Shown here piece after piece: positions 59,785 through 64,000 of a stretch of 64,000 nucleotides of DNA. Position 1 is the stretch's first letter. Each line of letters opens with the position of its first letter. The position numbers and the translations under genes are program-made. Source of the DNA: the human T2T-CHM13v2.0 reference genome, Homo sapiens. The notes below the pieces were generated by a model that was not told the origin of the DNA, searched no databases, and saw only the letters and a program-made list of their open reading frames with translations. The stretch lies in assembly GCF_009914755.1 (NCBI RefSeq), contig NC_060934.1; one strand, 5' to 3'.

Positions 59785-61387
59785 TTCACTAGTACACCCC
59801 CGACGTGTTGTCCTGATGGATCCTTCCAAAAAATTGTTCAGATGCCAAGGCTTGTGAATCGCACACATGGTACTCAATGCCTGGGCCTCACATCGAAGGC
59901 TTCTATATTGAGAAGAAAAGAAATATTTGTCATGACTCATTGCCTTTTTCAAGCTGTTCCAGCTACAAAATTAAAACCAGAAAAGGACTCAATTGAAAGC
60001 AAAATAAAAACAGCTCAAGTAACACTGTCCAAATTTTGAGACTTATGGCATGATTTCTGGAATTAGGACAAAAGGTATACTAGTGATTCAGGTAAATCCT
60101 TGGCTGACCACACTGGAAGCTGGCATCTCCAAGGCTCCCGACAAACCCTGGAACCCAAGCCAAGTTGCTCCTGCACTACCCCAGAAGCCAGCTCAGGTCC
60201 TTGGCTTGTGGCTTGCTTTTTCTGTCAACAGTAAGTTCTTCCATAAAGCTCTCCAAACACATTAGCAACCTATAACTCTTTTAATTAACTAATTTTTCTA
60301 CAACTTCTCAGCTATTTTTAACACAGAAAAAAATGTCAATTGTCAAGAAATAAATGCTGTTGGGCCATCAAGCAGGTAGGCTGTAAATCTGAACCGAGAA
60401 CCTAGCCAATGAATTTCCTTAGGATTTCTTCCTTTTGTAATAGCAACACTCAGTGGAGATTTTAATTCCATTTTTCATATATTTGGGGAAAAAATACGGC
60501 ATTTTATGTCATAGCATAAAATTCTTCAGCATTCCATTTTAGTTATTAAATAATGACTAGTATTTGAAACAGCACTGTTACATTAAGTAAAAAAAAATTG
60601 GCAAGAAATGTCAACTTAGACATTTAATAAGATAATAGTTCTGCTTAGAAAATGAGGTGTTAGTTCTGCCTTTAACGTATCAACATATTGTAGGAAATAC
60701 TGACCTTTTATTCTGATCACCACGAGTCCATTAAATTTCAAAATGTGGGACAGCCAATACATAATATACTACTAAGTAATAAATCTATGTCATCCAAAGG
60801 GAGCTTTGCTGTCTGAGTCCAAAAAAAAAGAAAACAGAAGCATAATGGTAAGGTTACTGAACACTCAGGTCTTGAAATAAGTCATTCTGTTATGAGCATG
60901 AGTCACCAAAACTACTTCCTTAGTGATAAAAGTTGCCTAAGTAACATCAATGCCTCCCTATGCTAAGAAGGATATGGGCAGTGTGTTGGGTTTCAGACCC
61001 ACTAGTCATAGTCATTTCCTTTACTTAATTGCTAACTGCCCTTCCTGGCTGTAGTTTGGGGCCTGTGTTTTAGGTAGTAACCCAGCAACTAGTTATTATG
61101 CTATATTTTATCAAGGAGAACAAAACAGTAAATTTTGTATTTCCATGGATTTCAGAGTAAAAGTCAATGTTATTTCACCAAGGCCCTCTGACTTAAGGGA
61201 GTTATTGTGAAACTGTTCAACTAGGTCTCAATGTGGCCACATCATTATGCAAGACTCAAAGGCAAAATATTTAACAGAGAAAAGAGGAGCAGATTGGGAG
61301 CCCTCTGAGAGGAAGGGAGGGGTGGTATTCATTTCTGCGTCCTTAGCACCTAGCAGGGAGCCTGCTCACCTAAAGATTCAAAACGCA

Positions 61388-61691
61388 GGCCGCGCAGGCG
61401 CAGTGGCTGATGCCTGTAATCCCAGCACTTTGGGTAGGCCAAGGAGGGGTCACTTGAGCTCGGGAGCTTGCGACTAGCCTGACAACACGGCAAAACCCTG
61501 TCTCTACAAAATATATTTTAAGAAAATTATCTGGGCATGGTGGCATGTGCCTGTAGTCCCAGCTGCTCAAGAGGCTGAGGTAAGAGGATTGCCTGAGCCC
61601 AGGAGGTCGAGGCTACAGTGAGCTGTGATGGAGTCACTGTATTCTAGCCTGGGTGGTATTGCAAGCTCCTGTCTCAGAAAAAAAAAAAAAA
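61388..61691 (+). mobile_element. AluJ
   Basis: Alu consensus with A tail. Confidence 0.93.
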
Positions 61692-61792
61692 GACTCAAAA
61701 TACATCCACCAAATGGGGTTTGCTGCTTCTTTTCAAAATAATCCAATCTATGAAGTAATTGCGCCACTGCTGAGTTAGGATTTCATCAGGCT

Positions 61793-62090
<298 letters not shown>

Positions 62091-62834
62091 TTCATCAGAC
62101 TTGTTAATACATATATGCCTTTGTTTTTCCCTTATATTTACCATGGGACTGTGGTATTTGCTGCTGTTCCCCTTGCAGACATGTGAAGTATATTAAGCAT
62201 GCTCTATTTTAAAATCTGACATACAAAAGCAATGAGATTAGTATTGCATGAGAAAATTTAAAAACTGGATAGTAAGCACACATGTATTATCAGTATCGCT
62301 GTTGGGATTGGCTTTGAGAATCTTGGTTGCCTATAATTCCCTGAGCCTCCTCTCATTTCCAAAAACTCCCCCATAATTCTTGGATTGCACAATAGTACTA
62401 CCACGAAGGACTAAAATGTTAATAAATCTCCCTAAAAATCAAACTAATAGATGGTAAGTATAGGGAGAAGTTGTTTTTAACTGATATAAGTATTGCATTC
62501 CAAAAATGTGGTTTTATTTCTTTTCTACTAGCAAATGGGGCAAAGCATTTTTATTCACTTAATCATATGCAAGATTCAAATGCCATAATTATCCATTCAT
62601 TCTGGTGGGTTGAGTCAGAATTAAGAAATGAGATCTCCACAGAAAACCCCTAAAACTGTCTATGGACTTCTTGATGATTCATTAAGGGCACCATATTCTC
62701 TGAATCAAAATGGGTCCTGTTGCTGCATCAGAATAGGAAAAAAGTAGACCAAAGAGACAAACATCATGATAACAATGCCAAAGAGATTTGGGGACATCTC
62801 CAATGGTAGCACAAAATTACTATGGCATATGAAG

Positions 62835-63060
62835 TACTACAGCACGGTGAGGTTTAGAGTTCGGGGACTGGAGCCAGAAGTCCTGTGTTCAGGTCTGCCA
62901 CTTCTTGGCTAGATAAACTTGAGTAAGCTACTTACCTTCTCTGTGCCTCAGTTTCTTCATATGTCAAACCGGGCTGTCGTGAGGATTAAATAAGTTAACC
63001 CATGGGCAGTACATAATGATTGCTTTCATATGTCATAGGCACTCAATATATGAAAGCAAT
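62835..63060 (+). mobile_element. MIR
   Basis: ctctgtgcctcagtttcttcatatg...gtgaggattaaataag. Confidence 0.75.
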
Positions 63061-63217
63061 CATTATGGTTATCATTAGCCTTTCTATCCAGGTCAGACTC
63101 CAGTTTTAGCAATGATATCAAAGTGTGCCTGGTGATGATTGTTTGGGGTTCGCTCAAGGACCTAGTATTGGTCAAGGACTGTGAAAGCTAGCCTAGAGTT
63201 AGCAAAGGAAAAACCCT

Positions 63218-63513
63218 GGCCTGGTGTGGTGGCTCACGCCCGTAATTACAAAACTTTGGGAGGCTGAGGTGGGTGGATCACTGCAGGTTAGGAGTTCGAG
63301 ACCAGCCTGGCCAACATGGTGAAACCTCATCTCTACTAAAAATACAACATTAGCCGGGCGTAGTGGTGGGCACTTGTAATCCCAGCTATTTGGGAGGCTG
63401 AGGCAGGAGAATCGCCTGAACTTGGGAGGCAGAGGTTGGAGCTGAGATAGTGCCACTGCACTCCAGCCTGGGCAACAGAGTGAGACTCTGTCTTAAAAAA
63501 AGAAAAAGAAAAA
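63218..63513 (+). mobile_element. AluS
   Basis: TSD GAAAAACCCT. Confidence 0.95.
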
Positions 63514-64000
63514 CCCTGATCAAACACATAAATATCTCTGCAGCGTATTCTATCACACCTGTCTGAAGTTCTAGAGATGCCATTCAAGTAAATTACAATA
63601 TTGTATCGGAAAAACTTCTCATAATTTATGTCTCAAACAACATGTACTTAATCTATATTAAGCTTGAGTACCACAGAATTTTTTTGTCCATATGCCACAT
63701 ATCCATATGAGTCACATTAGAGAACATATTTCTAGTACTTAGCTAATTAGAAATACAAAACCTTATTCAGTGGTTTGGAAATCGTCATGGTAGAATTACA
63801 AAGAGGGCTGCCAAATCCTTTATTCTGCTACAGTTAACTCTGAATGGTCTTTCTTTACTTATATCTCATTGTAATGTTAATGAATTTTCTTATCTTTTCA
63901 TCCTTGCATATTGTCATTATGTCATTTTATATTTCCTTCCATTTGCTACATGGCTTCATTTAGGGTTACTTTGTGTTATTTTTTTTCTAGAATTTGTCTT

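Overview
Human (primate) genomic DNA with no prokaryotic-type system. The window holds the 5' part of TRDMT1 (DNMT2, tRNA-Asp C38 cytosine-5 methyltransferase) on the minus strand. I read coding exons 1-8 directly: they have GT-AG boundaries and join into one frame of 887 nt (codons 1-296) carrying motif I LYSGVGG, catalytic PPCQ (C79), ENV (E119), RLR (R160/R162) and the DNMT2-specific CFT motif. The remaining exons lie left of the window. The CpG-island promoter is at ~45.9-46.3 kb. The right end probably contains the 3' end of the lncRNA VIM-AS1, inferred from recalled gene order plus a minus-strand AATAAA and splice signals. The rest is intronic or intergenic and rich in Alu, L1, LTR, L2, MIR and MER elements. 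Apart from TRDMT1 exon fragments and L1 ORF2 remnants, the supplied ORFs are spurious. I found no convincing new biological system. The best leads are: a THE1 LTR antisense promoter 25 nt from the catalytic exon; a strong-Kozak uORF; a MER4 LTR in sense orientation upstream of the promoter; inverted Alus around the in-frame exons 4-5; a candidate poison exon; and several templated-insertion or hairpin scars in intron 1. Repeat subfamily names are by-eye calls from remembered consensus sequences.
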